DNA from: Patescibacteria group bacterium
GTDB taxonomy: Bacteria; Patescibacteriota; JABMPQ01
Assembly (NCBI GenBank): GCA_041749335.1
Contig: JBGTBM010000010.1
Coordinates: 68,533 to 132,532 of the forward strand
Direction of reading: 5' to 3'
DNA length: 64,000 nt
A program made the translations under genes and the position numbers. The notes below the pieces were generated by a model. The model was not told where the DNA came from. It made no database searches and worked only from the letters and a program-made list of their open reading frames with translations. This document shows, piece by piece, positions 38,697 to 48,514 of this stretch (position 1 is the first letter of the stretch; each line of letters opens with the position of its first letter).

Positions 38697-39707
38697 TTAT
38701 TTTTTAGTCGACAAGATACTTCTCTTGTAAGAATCCAAATTTTCCAAAGCCGTACCCGTTCCTTTAACAACGCACAACAGAGGATCGTCAGCCACATAGC
38801 ATGGTACTCCGGTAACCTTTGTTATTAATTCGCTTAAATTGCGTAATAGCGCGCCTCCGCCGGTTAAAACCATGCCCTTGTCAATTACATCAGCAGAAAG
38901 CTCGGGTGGAGTTTCTTGCAAAACTAATTTTACTGTTTGAATAATCTCCCGCAATTGATCTTGGATTGCTTCCGATATTTCATTAGTACATATTTTAATA
39001 GTTTTGGGCAGTCCCGAAATCATATCTCGCCCTTTAATTTCCATACATCTTTCTTTTTTGATAGGGATCGCGGCTCCAATCTTAATCTTAATATCCTCTG
39101 CTGTTCTATCTCCCACTGCCAAATTATGTTTTTTTCTAATATAATCTGCAATTGCCTGATCTAACTTATTGCCCGCGACTCGCGCCGAATTAGCTGCCAC
39201 GATTCCTCCTAATGAAATTACTGCTACTTCAGTGGTTCCCCCGCCAATATCAATTACCATATTACCGCTTGATTGAGCAATGGGAATACCAGCCCCAATA
39301 GCTGCCGCCACCGGTTCTTTAATTACGTAAGCCGCCTTAGCTCCCGCTTGCAATGTAGCATCGATAACCGCTCTTCTTTCCGTACTAGTAATCCCGGCAG
39401 GAATAGATACCATCACTTCCGGCCGAAATATCCTCACATTGCCGATCGCTTTGGTAATAAAATATTTTAACATCGCTTCAGTCACGCGATAATCAGCAAT
39501 TACTCCGTCTTTAAGCGGACGTGAAGCAACAATAGAATCAGGAGTTCTGCCTAGCATTTTTTTTGCTTCATTGCCAACCGCAAGAATTGAATTATCGTCA
39601 AGAGAAATCGCCACTACCGATGGTTCATCAATTACAATTCCTCGATTGGGAACATAAACTACCGTATTAGCCGTACCCAAATCAATTCCAACTTTTTTTA
39701 CAAACAT
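38697..39707 (-). CDS. mreB: second MreB/Mbl paralogue
   Basis: GIDLGTANT, EPVAAAIGA, DIGGGTTE; downstream of murA. Confidence 0.95.
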   Translation of the reverse strand: MFVKKVGIDLGTANTVVYVPNRGIVIDEPSVVAISLDDNSILAVGNEAKKMLGRTPDSIVASRPLKDGVIADYRVTEAMLKYFITKAIGNVRIFRPEVMVSIPAGITSTERRAVIDATLQAGAKAAYVIKEPVAAAIGAGIPIAQSSGNMVIDIGGGTTEVAVISLGGIVAANSARVAGNKLDQAIADYIRKKHNLAVGDRTAEDIKIKIGAAIPIKKERCMEIKGRDMISGLPKTIKICTNEISEAIQDQLREIIQTVKLVLQETPPELSADVIDKGMVLTGGGALLRNLSELITKVTGVPCYVADDPLLCVVKGTGTALENLDSYKRSILSTKK

Positions 39708-39725
39708 AATTTTAATTTATCGCTT

Positions 39726-40985
39726 TTAATCTTTTACTCTTTTAATAGCCGCTCCCAATCTTGTTAATCTTTTTTCGATTTTTTCATAGCCTCTGTCAAT
39801 CTGGTAGATATTTTCTATTTCGCTTTTTCCTTCAGCAATCATGGCCGCCATTACTAAACTGATTCCTGCTCTTAAATCCGGACTCTCCATTTTTGTTCCA
39901 TATAGCCTGGATGGTCCATTTACCACCACTCTATGCGGATCGCACATTATAATGTTGGCGCCCATTTTATTTAACATATCCGTATAGAACAATCTACCTT
40001 CATAAATCGTTTCATGAATTAAACTTAATCCCTTGGCCTGAGTCATTAAGATCGTAAACGGAGCCTGCAAATCTGTAACAAAACCAGGATATTCATGCGT
40101 CCGAGCCTCTACCGCTTTAATATTCCTTGATGGATAAATATACACATAATTTTTACCGCGGTCAAATTTTACTCCCGCTCTTTGTAACATTTTCCAAAAT
40201 ACTTCAAGATGGCTTGGATTACAATTATTTAACTTTATTCCATCCCCAATCAAAGCAGCTAAAATTGCGAAAGTACCGGTCTCAATTCTATCAGGAATCA
40301 CTCTGGCGCTGGCTCCGGATAATTTCTTTACTCCATTTATTATAACGTGATGAGTGCCATCGCCCTTGATATCTGCACCGCATCTTCTTAAAAAATCACA
40401 TAAAGCCACCACTTCCGGCTCACAGGCTGCATTTATTAACTCTGTTTTACCAATAGCCATAACCGCTAAAAGGATCATGCTTTCAGTTACGGTATGAGAT
40501 ATCCAAGGAAAAACATATTTACATCCGGATAATTTTTTAGCTTTGATGTGATAATAATTTTCTTTTTCAATCACTTGCGCCCCCATACATTTATATCCTT
40601 CAATATACATATCAATCGGCCTTTTTCCAATAATGCAACCACCAGGATGAGGAAATTTGACTTCACCTAATTTTACCAACATTGGCGCTATCATCATAAT
40701 TGAAGCTCGCAATTTTGCTACTTTATTCCGCTCAAGTTCAATTTTATTGACATTATCACACTTAATAATATAGCTTCCTCGTTTTACTCTTTTAACTTTT
40801 GCGCCAATATCTTTTAATATTTCCAGCAATATTTCAACATCTTTTATCTCTGGAACATTGTCAAACCGACATTCTTCATTAGTAAGCAGCGCAGCTGGCA
40901 ATAACTTTAAAGCTGAATTCTTTGCGCCGGCAATGTTTATTTCTCCCTTTAGTAATTTTTTACCTTCAATGATAAATTTTTCCAT
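39726..40985 (-). CDS. murA: UDP-N-acetylglucosamine 1-carboxyvinyltransferase
   Basis: GAKNS, LRAS, PGGC.IG.RP, PDRIE, PGF.TDLQ, DLRAG. Confidence 0.97.
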   Translation of the reverse strand: MEKFIIEGKKLLKGEINIAGAKNSALKLLPAALLTNEECRFDNVPEIKDVEILLEILKDIGAKVKRVKRGSYIIKCDNVNKIELERNKVAKLRASIMMIAPMLVKLGEVKFPHPGGCIIGKRPIDMYIEGYKCMGAQVIEKENYYHIKAKKLSGCKYVFPWISHTVTESMILLAVMAIGKTELINAACEPEVVALCDFLRRCGADIKGDGTHHVIINGVKKLSGASARVIPDRIETGTFAILAALIGDGIKLNNCNPSHLEVFWKMLQRAGVKFDRGKNYVYIYPSRNIKAVEARTHEYPGFVTDLQAPFTILMTQAKGLSLIHETIYEGRLFYTDMLNKMGANIIMCDPHRVVVNGPSRLYGTKMESPDLRAGISLVMAAMIAEGKSEIENIYQIDRGYEKIEKRLTRLGAAIKRVKD

Positions 40986-41076
40986 TTTTTCTATATTTTT
41001 ATTATTTGCTATAATTACTTTACTGATTTATTATAGCTAATTATAGTATATTTATTAATAAATACAATTTAAATTT

Positions 41077-42516
41077 ATGAAGCTTTGGAAAAGAAGAGTT
41101 ATACTTTTTTTATCAATTATTCTATTTTTAGTATTATCTCCGACGATAATTTTATATTCGAGCGGATATCGGCTTGATTTTGATAATTTTACTATTAAAA
41201 AAGTAGGTATGATTATCATTGAATCAAAACCCAAGGATGTCGATGTAATTGTAAATAACAGGTTGAGTGCAAAAAAAACACCTTACAAAATGTCGAATTT
41301 AACTCCGAAAAATTATTCTATTAAGCTAGAAAAAGGCGGTTATCATGCTTGGGGCAAAAATCTTCCAGTGGAGTCTCAATCAGTCACTTGGATTTCAAAT
41401 GTTTTATTGTTTTTGAGTGAGCCAATTAAAGATATTTACTCCCATGAAGATAATATTATCGAATCACAGATATCCCCTGATCAAAAATATTATGCTTATA
41501 TTATCGTAAATGAAGATAATAATTATATTCTAAGACTGCTTGATTTAAAAACGCGAGAAAATATTAATATCTTCCTTTTGGATTATTTTATTAATAATAA
41601 CTTAGTTGATTTTATTCCGGAATCGATTTCCAATATTCTTTGGTCGCATGACAGTAAAAATATTATTATTACATTGTCAGGCCAAAATAATAGAAAATAT
41701 ATGATTGTAGATATTAATAATATCAACAAGTCGTATCTGCTGGAAAAAGATAATTTATCTAAGATAACCTGGGACAATAATGATTCTAAATTTATTTATT
41801 ATTTAAAAAATAATAATCTGGAAAAATTAAACATTACAAACCAAACCATTAATAACATTATTGCCCAAAATGTCGACCAATATGATTTAGTCGCAAATTC
41901 CATTTTATATACCAAGACCATAAAAAATAAAAATGAAATTATTTCCAGTATTTATAAAATTAATAAAAACAGCTCGGAGGAAATTGAAGATAAACTAAAA
42001 AACATTGGTATTATAAATGAAGAGATTGATAAAATAAAAGCTCAAAAAGAAGACAGTTATTTATTGTTAACAAATACCCATAATCTTTATTTATCATTAA
42101 ACGAGAATATCCTAAAAATTGGCAGTGATATTATTGGTTTTAAGTGGTCAAGTAACAAACATTTTTTATTCTATAATGATACAAATATTTGGCATTATAA
42201 AATTGAAGGCGATAAAAACACCTATCATCCGCAATATTTGTTAAATGAACCGGTGTTAGCCCTAGAATCATTAAATAAAATTGACCTCGTGGATTGGCAC
42301 CCCGACAATGAACATATTCTTTATAGCAGCGAGGGCTCAATTAATATATTGGAACTAGATAGGCGCGATGTTATTAATAATTATCAAATACTCAATAATA
42401 TTATTAATATTTCCGATAATAATGTGGCTTTTAATGATGAAGGCGACAAGTTATTTCATATGGAACTGATCGATAATAAACATTGCTTAGTTGAAGCAAC
42501 CCTATATCATAAATAA
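41077..42516 (+). CDS. PEGA-domain membrane protein with beta-propeller-like C-terminus
   Basis: TM, GYR, G.I.I.S.P...V.VN PEGA motif, K.GY..W; typical CPR family. Confidence 0.85.
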   Translation: MKLWKRRVILFLSIILFLVLSPTIILYSSGYRLDFDNFTIKKVGMIIIESKPKDVDVIVNNRLSAKKTPYKMSNLTPKNYSIKLEKGGYHAWGKNLPVESQSVTWISNVLLFLSEPIKDIYSHEDNIIESQISPDQKYYAYIIVNEDNNYILRLLDLKTRENINIFLLDYFINNNLVDFIPESISNILWSHDSKNIIITLSGQNNRKYMIVDINNINKSYLLEKDNLSKITWDNNDSKFIYYLKNNNLEKLNITNQTINNIIAQNVDQYDLVANSILYTKTIKNKNEIISSIYKINKNSSEEIEDKLKNIGIINEEIDKIKAQKEDSYLLLTNTHNLYLSLNENILKIGSDIIGFKWSSNKHFLFYNDTNIWHYKIEGDKNTYHPQYLLNEPVLALESLNKIDLVDWHPDNEHILYSSEGSINILELDRRDVINNYQILNNIINISDNNVAFNDEGDKLFHMELIDNKHCLVEATLYHK

Positions 42517-42559
42517 AAAAACACCCTTTTAATAAAGAGTGTTTCATAAAAATTAATCT

Positions 42560-43018
42560 TTATCTCTTTTGCCACTGCGGAGCACGCCTTGCGCCTTTTA
42601 ATCCATATTTCTTTCTTTCCTTCATTCTTGGATCTCTTCTCAAAAAACCAGCCTTTTTTAAACTTGATCGCAATGATTCATCACTTTTTTCTAATGCTCT
42701 GGTTATTCCATGCCTTACTGCTTCAGCCTGCCCTTTTATGCCGCCGCCTCTTGTTTTTACAATTATATCAAATTTGCTAGTTTGTCCTACTAGGGTAATC
42801 GGCTGCCTTACTATATATTGAAGCTCATCGGTAGGAAAATGTTTTTTATAATCTTTTCCATTAATTTCAATTCGGCCGCTTCCATTCTGATATAATCTTA
42901 CTTTCGCGATCGCGGTTTTTCTTCGACCAGTAGCATAAATATACTTACCATCTTGATTAATGGATTTAAGATCTTTTTTTACTATTTTTTCTTTATCCTT
43001 GTTTTTTTGTTCTATCAT
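42560..43018 (-). CDS. rpsI: 30S ribosomal protein S9
   Basis: TGRRKTA, GGG..GQA, ERKKYGLKGARRAPQWQKR. Confidence 0.98.
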   Translation of the reverse strand: MIEQKNKDKEKIVKKDLKSINQDGKYIYATGRRKTAIAKVRLYQNGSGRIEINGKDYKKHFPTDELQYIVRQPITLVGQTSKFDIIVKTRGGGIKGQAEAVRHGITRALEKSDESLRSSLKKAGFLRRDPRMKERKKYGLKGARRAPQWQKR

Positions 43019-43027
43019 TATTGCTAA

Positions 43028-43453
43028 TTAACTTCTAAGCTGGGCTTCATGCGGATGTTCCGGGCCGATATAGATTTTTAATCTTTTTAATTTATCATTC
43101 CTTAATCTATTTGAAGCCAACATTCCTTTTACTGCCAACATAATAATTTTAGTTGGATCATCGCCGCTAACAACTTTAAAACTTTTAGTTTTTAATCCGC
43201 CTGGATATCCGGAATAATGATGATAATATTTTTTTTCAATCTTATTCCCTGATATCTTAATTTTCTCGGAATTGATTACCACTACATAATCTCCCATATC
43301 TACATGGGGAGTATAATTAATTTTTCCCTTTCCATTCAATATTTGAGCGGCTTGAGTAGCCAATCTTCCCAAATTAAATTCCTTTGCATCTAAAATATGC
43401 CATTTTCTTTTAATATCTTCTTTTCTTGCAGATTTTGTAACTTTATTATTCAT
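43028..43453 (-). CDS. rplM: 50S ribosomal protein L13
   Basis: LGRLA, YTPHVD.GD, HYSGYPGG, HPHEAQ. Confidence 0.98.
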   Translation of the reverse strand: MNNKVTKSARKEDIKRKWHILDAKEFNLGRLATQAAQILNGKGKINYTPHVDMGDYVVVINSEKIKISGNKIEKKYYHHYSGYPGGLKTKSFKVVSGDDPTKIIMLAVKGMLASNRLRNDKLKRLKIYIGPEHPHEAQLRS

Positions 43454-43464
43454 AAAATAATCTT

Positions 43465-43815
43465 TTAGATTAACTCGATTTTTATCATTTTGGCGTTGTC
43501 GCCTTTACGCAAACCAAGTTTATAATCCCTGATATATCCACCCGGTCTTTCCTTATATTTCTTGCTAATTTCATTAATTAGTTTTTTTTCAGCTTCTTTG
43601 TGGTTAAGTAAGGAATTAATTTTCCTTTGGCTTTGTAAATTTTTCTCTTTGCTGAACGTAATAAGCTTCTCGGCAAAAGGAATAACTATTTTTGCCCTTT
43701 TAGCCGTTGTTGTTATCTTGCCATTAATAAATAGAGAGGCTGCCAAATTCCGACGAAGCGCCAGGTCATGTCCCGATTTTTTTCCAATCTTGTTTTTTAA
43801 TATTTTATGCCTCAT
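43465..43815 (-). CDS. rplQ: 50S ribosomal protein L17
   Basis: MRH, RNLA, ITTT..RAK, RPGGY.R, RKGDNA. Confidence 0.96.
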   Translation of the reverse strand: MRHKILKNKIGKKSGHDLALRRNLAASLFINGKITTTAKRAKIVIPFAEKLITFSKEKNLQSQRKINSLLNHKEAEKKLINEISKKYKERPGGYIRDYKLGLRKGDNAKMIKIELI

Positions 43816-43818
43816 GGT

Positions 43819-44769
43819 TTAATCTTTCAGTTCTAAATTTAATTTTTTTAACGCTTTTTCAATCTCATTTAAAGCTGTTTGCCCTAATCCCTCTAATGAT
43901 AGAAGTTCCTTTTTTGCTTTTTTAGTAAGATCTTCCACTGTTCGAATTTTTGCTTTACTTAAAGCGTTAAAAGTCCTGGTAGAGAAATTTAATTCTTGTA
44001 TAGGAGTGCCTTCTCCCTCTTTCTTATCTTCCTCTTTTAACACCTTTTCCTTCTTTTCCTCCTCTTCGGTCTTTTTCATAACTTCCAAAGGTTTTGACAA
44101 TAGCAAGAACTGATCAACTAAAATCTGAGCGGATTGCTGAAATGCCTCAATCGGAGATATAATTCCATCGGTTTTAATATTCATAATTAATTTATCAAAA
44201 TCGGTTCTTTTCCCAACGCGAATATTTTCAACCTTATATCCAACATTTAATACAGGTGCAAAAATAGAATCAACTACCATTGTACCAATTTCCATATCTT
44301 TGGAATTTTTTTGTTCAGTTGTTTGATAACCTCGACCTTTTTCTAGCGTAACTTCCATTTCTAATACTGCATTATTGCTAGTAGCTGTCGCTATTAATAA
44401 ATCGCTGTTTACTATTTCAACGTCAGATGATTTTTTAAAATCAGCGGCCGTAATATTCCTTTTCCCTTTGCTACTTATCTTTAATTTTACCGGCTCATCA
44501 GAAAATAGTTTAACTCGCAATGATTTTAAATTCATGATTATCTCAACCACATCTTCTTTTATATCTTTGATATTTGAAAATTCGTGATCGACGCCTTTAA
44601 TTTTTACGGCAGTTACTGCTGCCCCCGAAAGAGAAGATATTAATACCCTTCGCAAGGCATTACCAAGGGTTGTGCCATATCCAGGATAGCAAGGTTCTAT
44701 AATAATATTAGATTCATTATCGCTAATTTCTTCTAACTTTATTTTTGATGGTAGGGTTATTTCCTCCAT
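43819..44769 (-). CDS. rpoA: RNA polymerase alpha subunit
   Basis: GYGTTLGNALRRVL.SS, GVDHEFS, alpha-CTD STRTFNAL. Confidence 0.98.
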   Translation of the reverse strand: MEEITLPSKIKLEEISDNESNIIIEPCYPGYGTTLGNALRRVLISSLSGAAVTAVKIKGVDHEFSNIKDIKEDVVEIIMNLKSLRVKLFSDEPVKLKISSKGKRNITAADFKKSSDVEIVNSDLLIATATSNNAVLEMEVTLEKGRGYQTTEQKNSKDMEIGTMVVDSIFAPVLNVGYKVENIRVGKRTDFDKLIMNIKTDGIISPIEAFQQSAQILVDQFLLLSKPLEVMKKTEEEEKKEKVLKEEDKKEGEGTPIQELNFSTRTFNALSKAKIRTVEDLTKKAKKELLSLEGLGQTALNEIEKALKKLNLELKD

Positions 44770-44788
44770 ATTATTTCTCCTAAATTAT

Positions 44789-45418
44789 TTATCTTGAATA
44801 ATACTCTACAATTAAATTTGTATCAATTTTATAACCAATATCATCCTTGCTGGGCATTTTAATTACCTTGCCGGTTAAATTTTTTATATCTAATTCAAGC
44901 CATTTCGGAATCTCTTCTTTGTCTATACCTTTTGAAATATTCTCAAAACCTCTTTTTTTCAATGACTTAGAATTAAATTTTATCACATCGTTCAATTTAA
45001 TCAAAAATGATGGAATATCAACCCTTCTGCCATTTACAAGTATATGCCCATGGATAATCATTTCTCTTGCCTGGCTTCGTGATTTAGCAAGGGCTAAACG
45101 ATAAACCACATTATCCAGCCTTGATTCCAACAGTTCGATCAACCCCTCGCCTGTCTTTGTTCTTTTTCTATTTGCCTTCAAATAATAATTTTTTAATTGT
45201 TTTTCCAAAATATTATATATCCTTTTAGCTTTCTGTTTTTCTCGCAATTGAATACCATATTGAGATAATCTGGTATTGTTCAAAGGACCAAAATTTCCCG
45301 GAGGATAATTTCGCTTAACAACTGAACATTTTGGAGTTAAACATCTCTCGCCCTTAAGAAATAACTTCTCTCCTTCTCTTCTGCATTTTTTACATTTTGG
45401 ATCTAAATCTTTTGCCAT
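44789..45418 (-). CDS. rpsD: 30S ribosomal protein S4
   Basis: CRREG.KLFLKG.RC, QLREKQK, LESRLDNVVYR, IVEYYSR. Confidence 0.98.
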   Translation of the reverse strand: MAKDLDPKCKKCRREGEKLFLKGERCLTPKCSVVKRNYPPGNFGPLNNTRLSQYGIQLREKQKAKRIYNILEKQLKNYYLKANRKRTKTGEGLIELLESRLDNVVYRLALAKSRSQAREMIIHGHILVNGRRVDIPSFLIKLNDVIKFNSKSLKKRGFENISKGIDKEEIPKWLELDIKNLTGKVIKMPSKDDIGYKIDTNLIVEYYSR

Positions 45419-45426
45419 AATATTAT

Positions 45427-45867
45427 TTATACTCTTCTGATTTTTTTAGGCCTACACCCATTATGTGGAACGGGAGTAAGATCTTTTATAGAATTAACTT
45501 CTAAGCCATATATATTTAAAGCCCTAATCGCTGACTCACGCCCTCCGCCGATACCCTTAACATAAACATCGACTTGAGAAATTCCGGTATTTTTTACTTT
45601 ATCTATAGCCGACTTAACGATTTGCATTGCAGCATAAGGAGTCGCTTTTTTAGCACCCTTAAATCCTTGTGGTCCGGCACTCTCCCATGCAATAACATTG
45701 CCTTGTAAATCGGTTATTGTCACAATGGTATTATTATAGGTTGATTGAATATAAGCTCGGCCTCTAGTAATTTTTCTTACTACTTTTTTCTTTTTCGAAT
45801 AATTTTTTTTGATGCCAGATTCCTTTTTCTCGGTTGGCTTATCTTTCTTTGTCTTATTTTCTATCAT
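45427..45867 (-). CDS. rpsK: 30S ribosomal protein S11
   Basis: [27 protein letters not shown]. Confidence 0.98.
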   Translation of the reverse strand: MIENKTKKDKPTEKKESGIKKNYSKKKKVVRKITRGRAYIQSTYNNTIVTITDLQGNVIAWESAGPQGFKGAKKATPYAAMQIVKSAIDKVKNTGISQVDVYVKGIGGGRESAIRALNIYGLEVNSIKDLTPVPHNGCRPKKIRRV

Positions 45868-45883
45868 ATAAATTTAAAATTAT

Positions 45884-46273
45884 TTAAGTTTTCTGTGCTG
45901 GCGCTTTTTTACCACTTCCGGCAGTTTTTCTAACATTGCCCCTAACGGTTCTGGAATTAGTTTTAGTTCTTTGTCCGCGAACCGGAAGATTTTTTGAATG
46001 CCTTGAACCCCGATAGCAACTAATTTCCTTAAGCCTTTTAATATTCATCATTATTTCTCTTCTTTTTTCTCCCTCAACTTTATGTTCTTTTTCGATTAAG
46101 GACCTTAATTCCGCCACATCGGTTTCAGACAAATCTTTTACTTTTTTATTTCGATCAATTTTAGCTTTTTCTAAAATTTTTAAACTTAAAGAATTCCCTA
46201 TTCCGTATATATAAGTCAAAGCAATTTCTATTCTTTTTTCATTTGGGAGCATTGTCCCGGCAATGCGAGCCAT
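45884..46273 (-). CDS. rpsM: 30S ribosomal protein S13
   Basis: [27 protein letters not shown]. Confidence 0.98.
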   Translation of the reverse strand: MARIAGTMLPNEKRIEIALTYIYGIGNSLSLKILEKAKIDRNKKVKDLSETDVAELRSLIEKEHKVEGEKRREIMMNIKRLKEISCYRGSRHSKNLPVRGQRTKTNSRTVRGNVRKTAGSGKKAPAQKT

Positions 46274-46302
46274 TTTTTTATTACTATAATTTTATAATAT
46301 AT

Positions 46303-46416
46303 TTAGCGCTGCCTTTGTTTATGCTTTGGATTTTCGCATACTACATAAATTCGTCTTTTACGACGAATCACCTTACACTTCTTACAAATTTTTTTTACAG
46401 ATGTTCTAACCTTCAT
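46303..46416 (-). CDS. rpmJ: 50S ribosomal protein L36 (not in the ORF track)
   Basis: Manual translation [37 protein letters not shown]. Confidence 0.97.
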   Translation of the reverse strand: MKVRTSVKKICKKCKVIRRKRRIYVVCENPKHKQRQR

Positions 46417-46421
46417 ATTCT

Positions 46422-46700
46422 TTAGTTTCTTTTTGTAATTCTTCCTTTAGTTAAATCGTATGGCGTCATTTCAACTTCTACTCGATCACCGGGCAGAACT
46501 TTAATTAAATTCATTCTCATTTTTCCTGATACATGCGCAGTTATTTCATGATCATTATCCAGCTTTATCGTAAATTTCGCGTTAGGCAATGTTTCTAATA
46601 CAACCCCTTCAACTTTAATTTTATTTTTATCTTTTTTAGATTCAGTTGTATGCTGCTCGTTTTGTTCAAATTTATTCAAGTCTTTTTGTAATTTTTTCAT
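46422..46700 (-). CDS. infA: translation initiation factor IF-1 (charged N-terminal extension)
   Basis: [31 protein letters not shown]. Confidence 0.96.
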   Translation of the reverse strand: MKKLQKDLNKFEQNEQHTTESKKDKNKIKVEGVVLETLPNAKFTIKLDNDHEITAHVSGKMRMNLIKVLPGDRVEVEMTPYDLTKGRITKRN

Positions 46701-46765
46701 AAAAAAACTATAAGGAAATTAATATTTCCAAGTTTTAGCTATTTAAAGCAATTTTATAGATAATA

Positions 46766-48505
46766 TTAATTATCTGTAATGTTACCACCATTATTATCTG
46801 TGTCAAGCGAAATTTTAATCTTTTTTAGGTTTTTGGGAATTTTATTTACCCAAAATGGCCACAGCTCGATCTTTGCGTCTAAAATATTATTGTCTTGTAT
46901 TAAATAAGCCTTAGCTTCTTCTGTATTTTTTCCGCTTATATTATCCCTTATTTTACTTTCATCTAATTCCCAAGCAACCTGCTTAGTAATATTAATTTTA
47001 GCCGTAGTGGAGTCTTCATCACTTACGATCCCATCGATCGGCTCAAATTCGATTCCATCAGCAATATCATCATTAATAATAAACTTATTTTCCGGTACCA
47101 ATTCAACAAACTTATTATTTATAATTACAGATATATCATCTTTTTTAATTAGATATCCAAATACTTTAACTTGCATATCCAATTCAAAAACGTCAGATTC
47201 TTCCCCAACTCCGGGATTAGAATTAATTTCAGTAATTTCTTTTTTAATTATTCCGACTGCCAGCATTTTCCCAATATTAATTTTATTTATTAAGGATTCT
47301 ACCATATTATCAAATGTACTCTCAAGCAATTGATTTTTTGCATTTTCGTAGTCCCCTTCTGAAATTACTTTTACGGTTTTTGAATATCCACCGGTAAAAT
47401 CAGAAACACTTTCTCCATAAATGCTTTGCTGCCTATCAGATGATAAATTAGGGATGCTAAACCTAGAAGGAGCTATATTATATTTTTCTCCTTCTAACTC
47501 TGCCTCTATCCTTACTTTGGTTTTTCCCGCGACCGCTACTCCTCCTTCAATCGATGCTCCCGGAATGGTAATTTCTTGTGTCGAATAAAATAATTTATCT
47601 GAAGTTGAAAATCGCGTAGCCGCAACAAGTGTAATGGGATCAGAAGAATAATTATTATAAACAATAATTTCTCCGCGAGCTTTTTCGCCTACTTCTTTTT
47701 CCCCGGTGGCATTAAATTCTTTCTTTTCACTTTTTTCTTCATGCGAGATTGTTTCTCCAGGCAAAATTAAATTTTCAATATCGAGCGTATCTACCTTATT
47801 GCTTATTACAACATCAAAGGAAGTAGTAAATGGCTCAGTTTTCGGATCAACTAAAATATTTGCTGTTGGCAATATCAATGCAAATATCAACATAATTACC
47901 AAAATGCTAATTCCAAAAAATATTAAAAAAGATCGTAAATTAACACTGGAAAGTAAATGAACTTTATCCTTTGATCTAAGTTTAAAAAATTTATTAACCT
48001 CTCTTTTAGACGCAATACCGCTATCAGTTGGAGAATTTTTTGCTGAAAAAACATCAATGTTTTTAATTTTTTTTGTTATTCCAGAAAAAAAGTTTCTGTC
48101 GATATTTTTTGAAATATTCTTTTCGGTATTGTCTTTTTTATTGTTAATAACTTCATTTTTTCTAAAATCATTATTATCATCAATCTTCATTTGCATGGTT
48201 TCTGGAATAGAATTTTCTTTATTGTCAATCTTATGTTCAAGTCCGTCGGTATTATTTATTTTTGTTTTAATATTTAAACCAACCTTCTTTGCCAAATTTA
48301 TTCCTTGTTCATCATTAATCACTAAGATTATTTTTTTTCGCAATAAATCACTTTGCCGCTTTAACAACTTTAAATTTACAATGCTCTGAATTAATGTTGC
48401 ACCTTGCGGAACAACTATCTCGGCATTATCTGTTTTTGTTTTTTTAATTTTATCGATCACAGATGTTATTTCATCATCTGTTTCCAAATAGACCTTTTCT
48501 TTCAT
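46766..48505 (-). CDS. membrane protein with baseplate J/gp47-like extracellular domain
   Basis: N-terminal YLETDDEITSVIDK...NLKLLKR, one TM, ATG.K..GEKARG.I..YN, TRF, GG, WPFW; pattern seen next to ftsA-like genes in CPR. Confidence 0.7.
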   Translation of the reverse strand: MKEKVYLETDDEITSVIDKIKKTKTDNAEIVVPQGATLIQSIVNLKLLKRQSDLLRKKIILVINDEQGINLAKKVGLNIKTKINNTDGLEHKIDNKENSIPETMQMKIDDNNDFRKNEVINNKKDNTEKNISKNIDRNFFSGITKKIKNIDVFSAKNSPTDSGIASKREVNKFFKLRSKDKVHLLSSVNLRSFLIFFGISILVIMLIFALILPTANILVDPKTEPFTTSFDVVISNKVDTLDIENLILPGETISHEEKSEKKEFNATGEKEVGEKARGEIIVYNNYSSDPITLVAATRFSTSDKLFYSTQEITIPGASIEGGVAVAGKTKVRIEAELEGEKYNIAPSRFSIPNLSSDRQQSIYGESVSDFTGGYSKTVKVISEGDYENAKNQLLESTFDNMVESLINKINIGKMLAVGIIKKEITEINSNPGVGEESDVFELDMQVKVFGYLIKKDDISVIINNKFVELVPENKFIINDDIADGIEFEPIDGIVSDEDSTTAKINITKQVAWELDESKIRDNISGKNTEEAKAYLIQDNNILDAKIELWPFWVNKIPKNLKKIKISLDTDNNGGNITDN

Positions 48506-48514
48506 TTTTAATAA

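Noticed and set aside
46766-48505. Prophage inferred from the baseplate-J-like domain
   Set aside because: No other phage genes nearby; the protein has a TM helix and lies among housekeeping genes.
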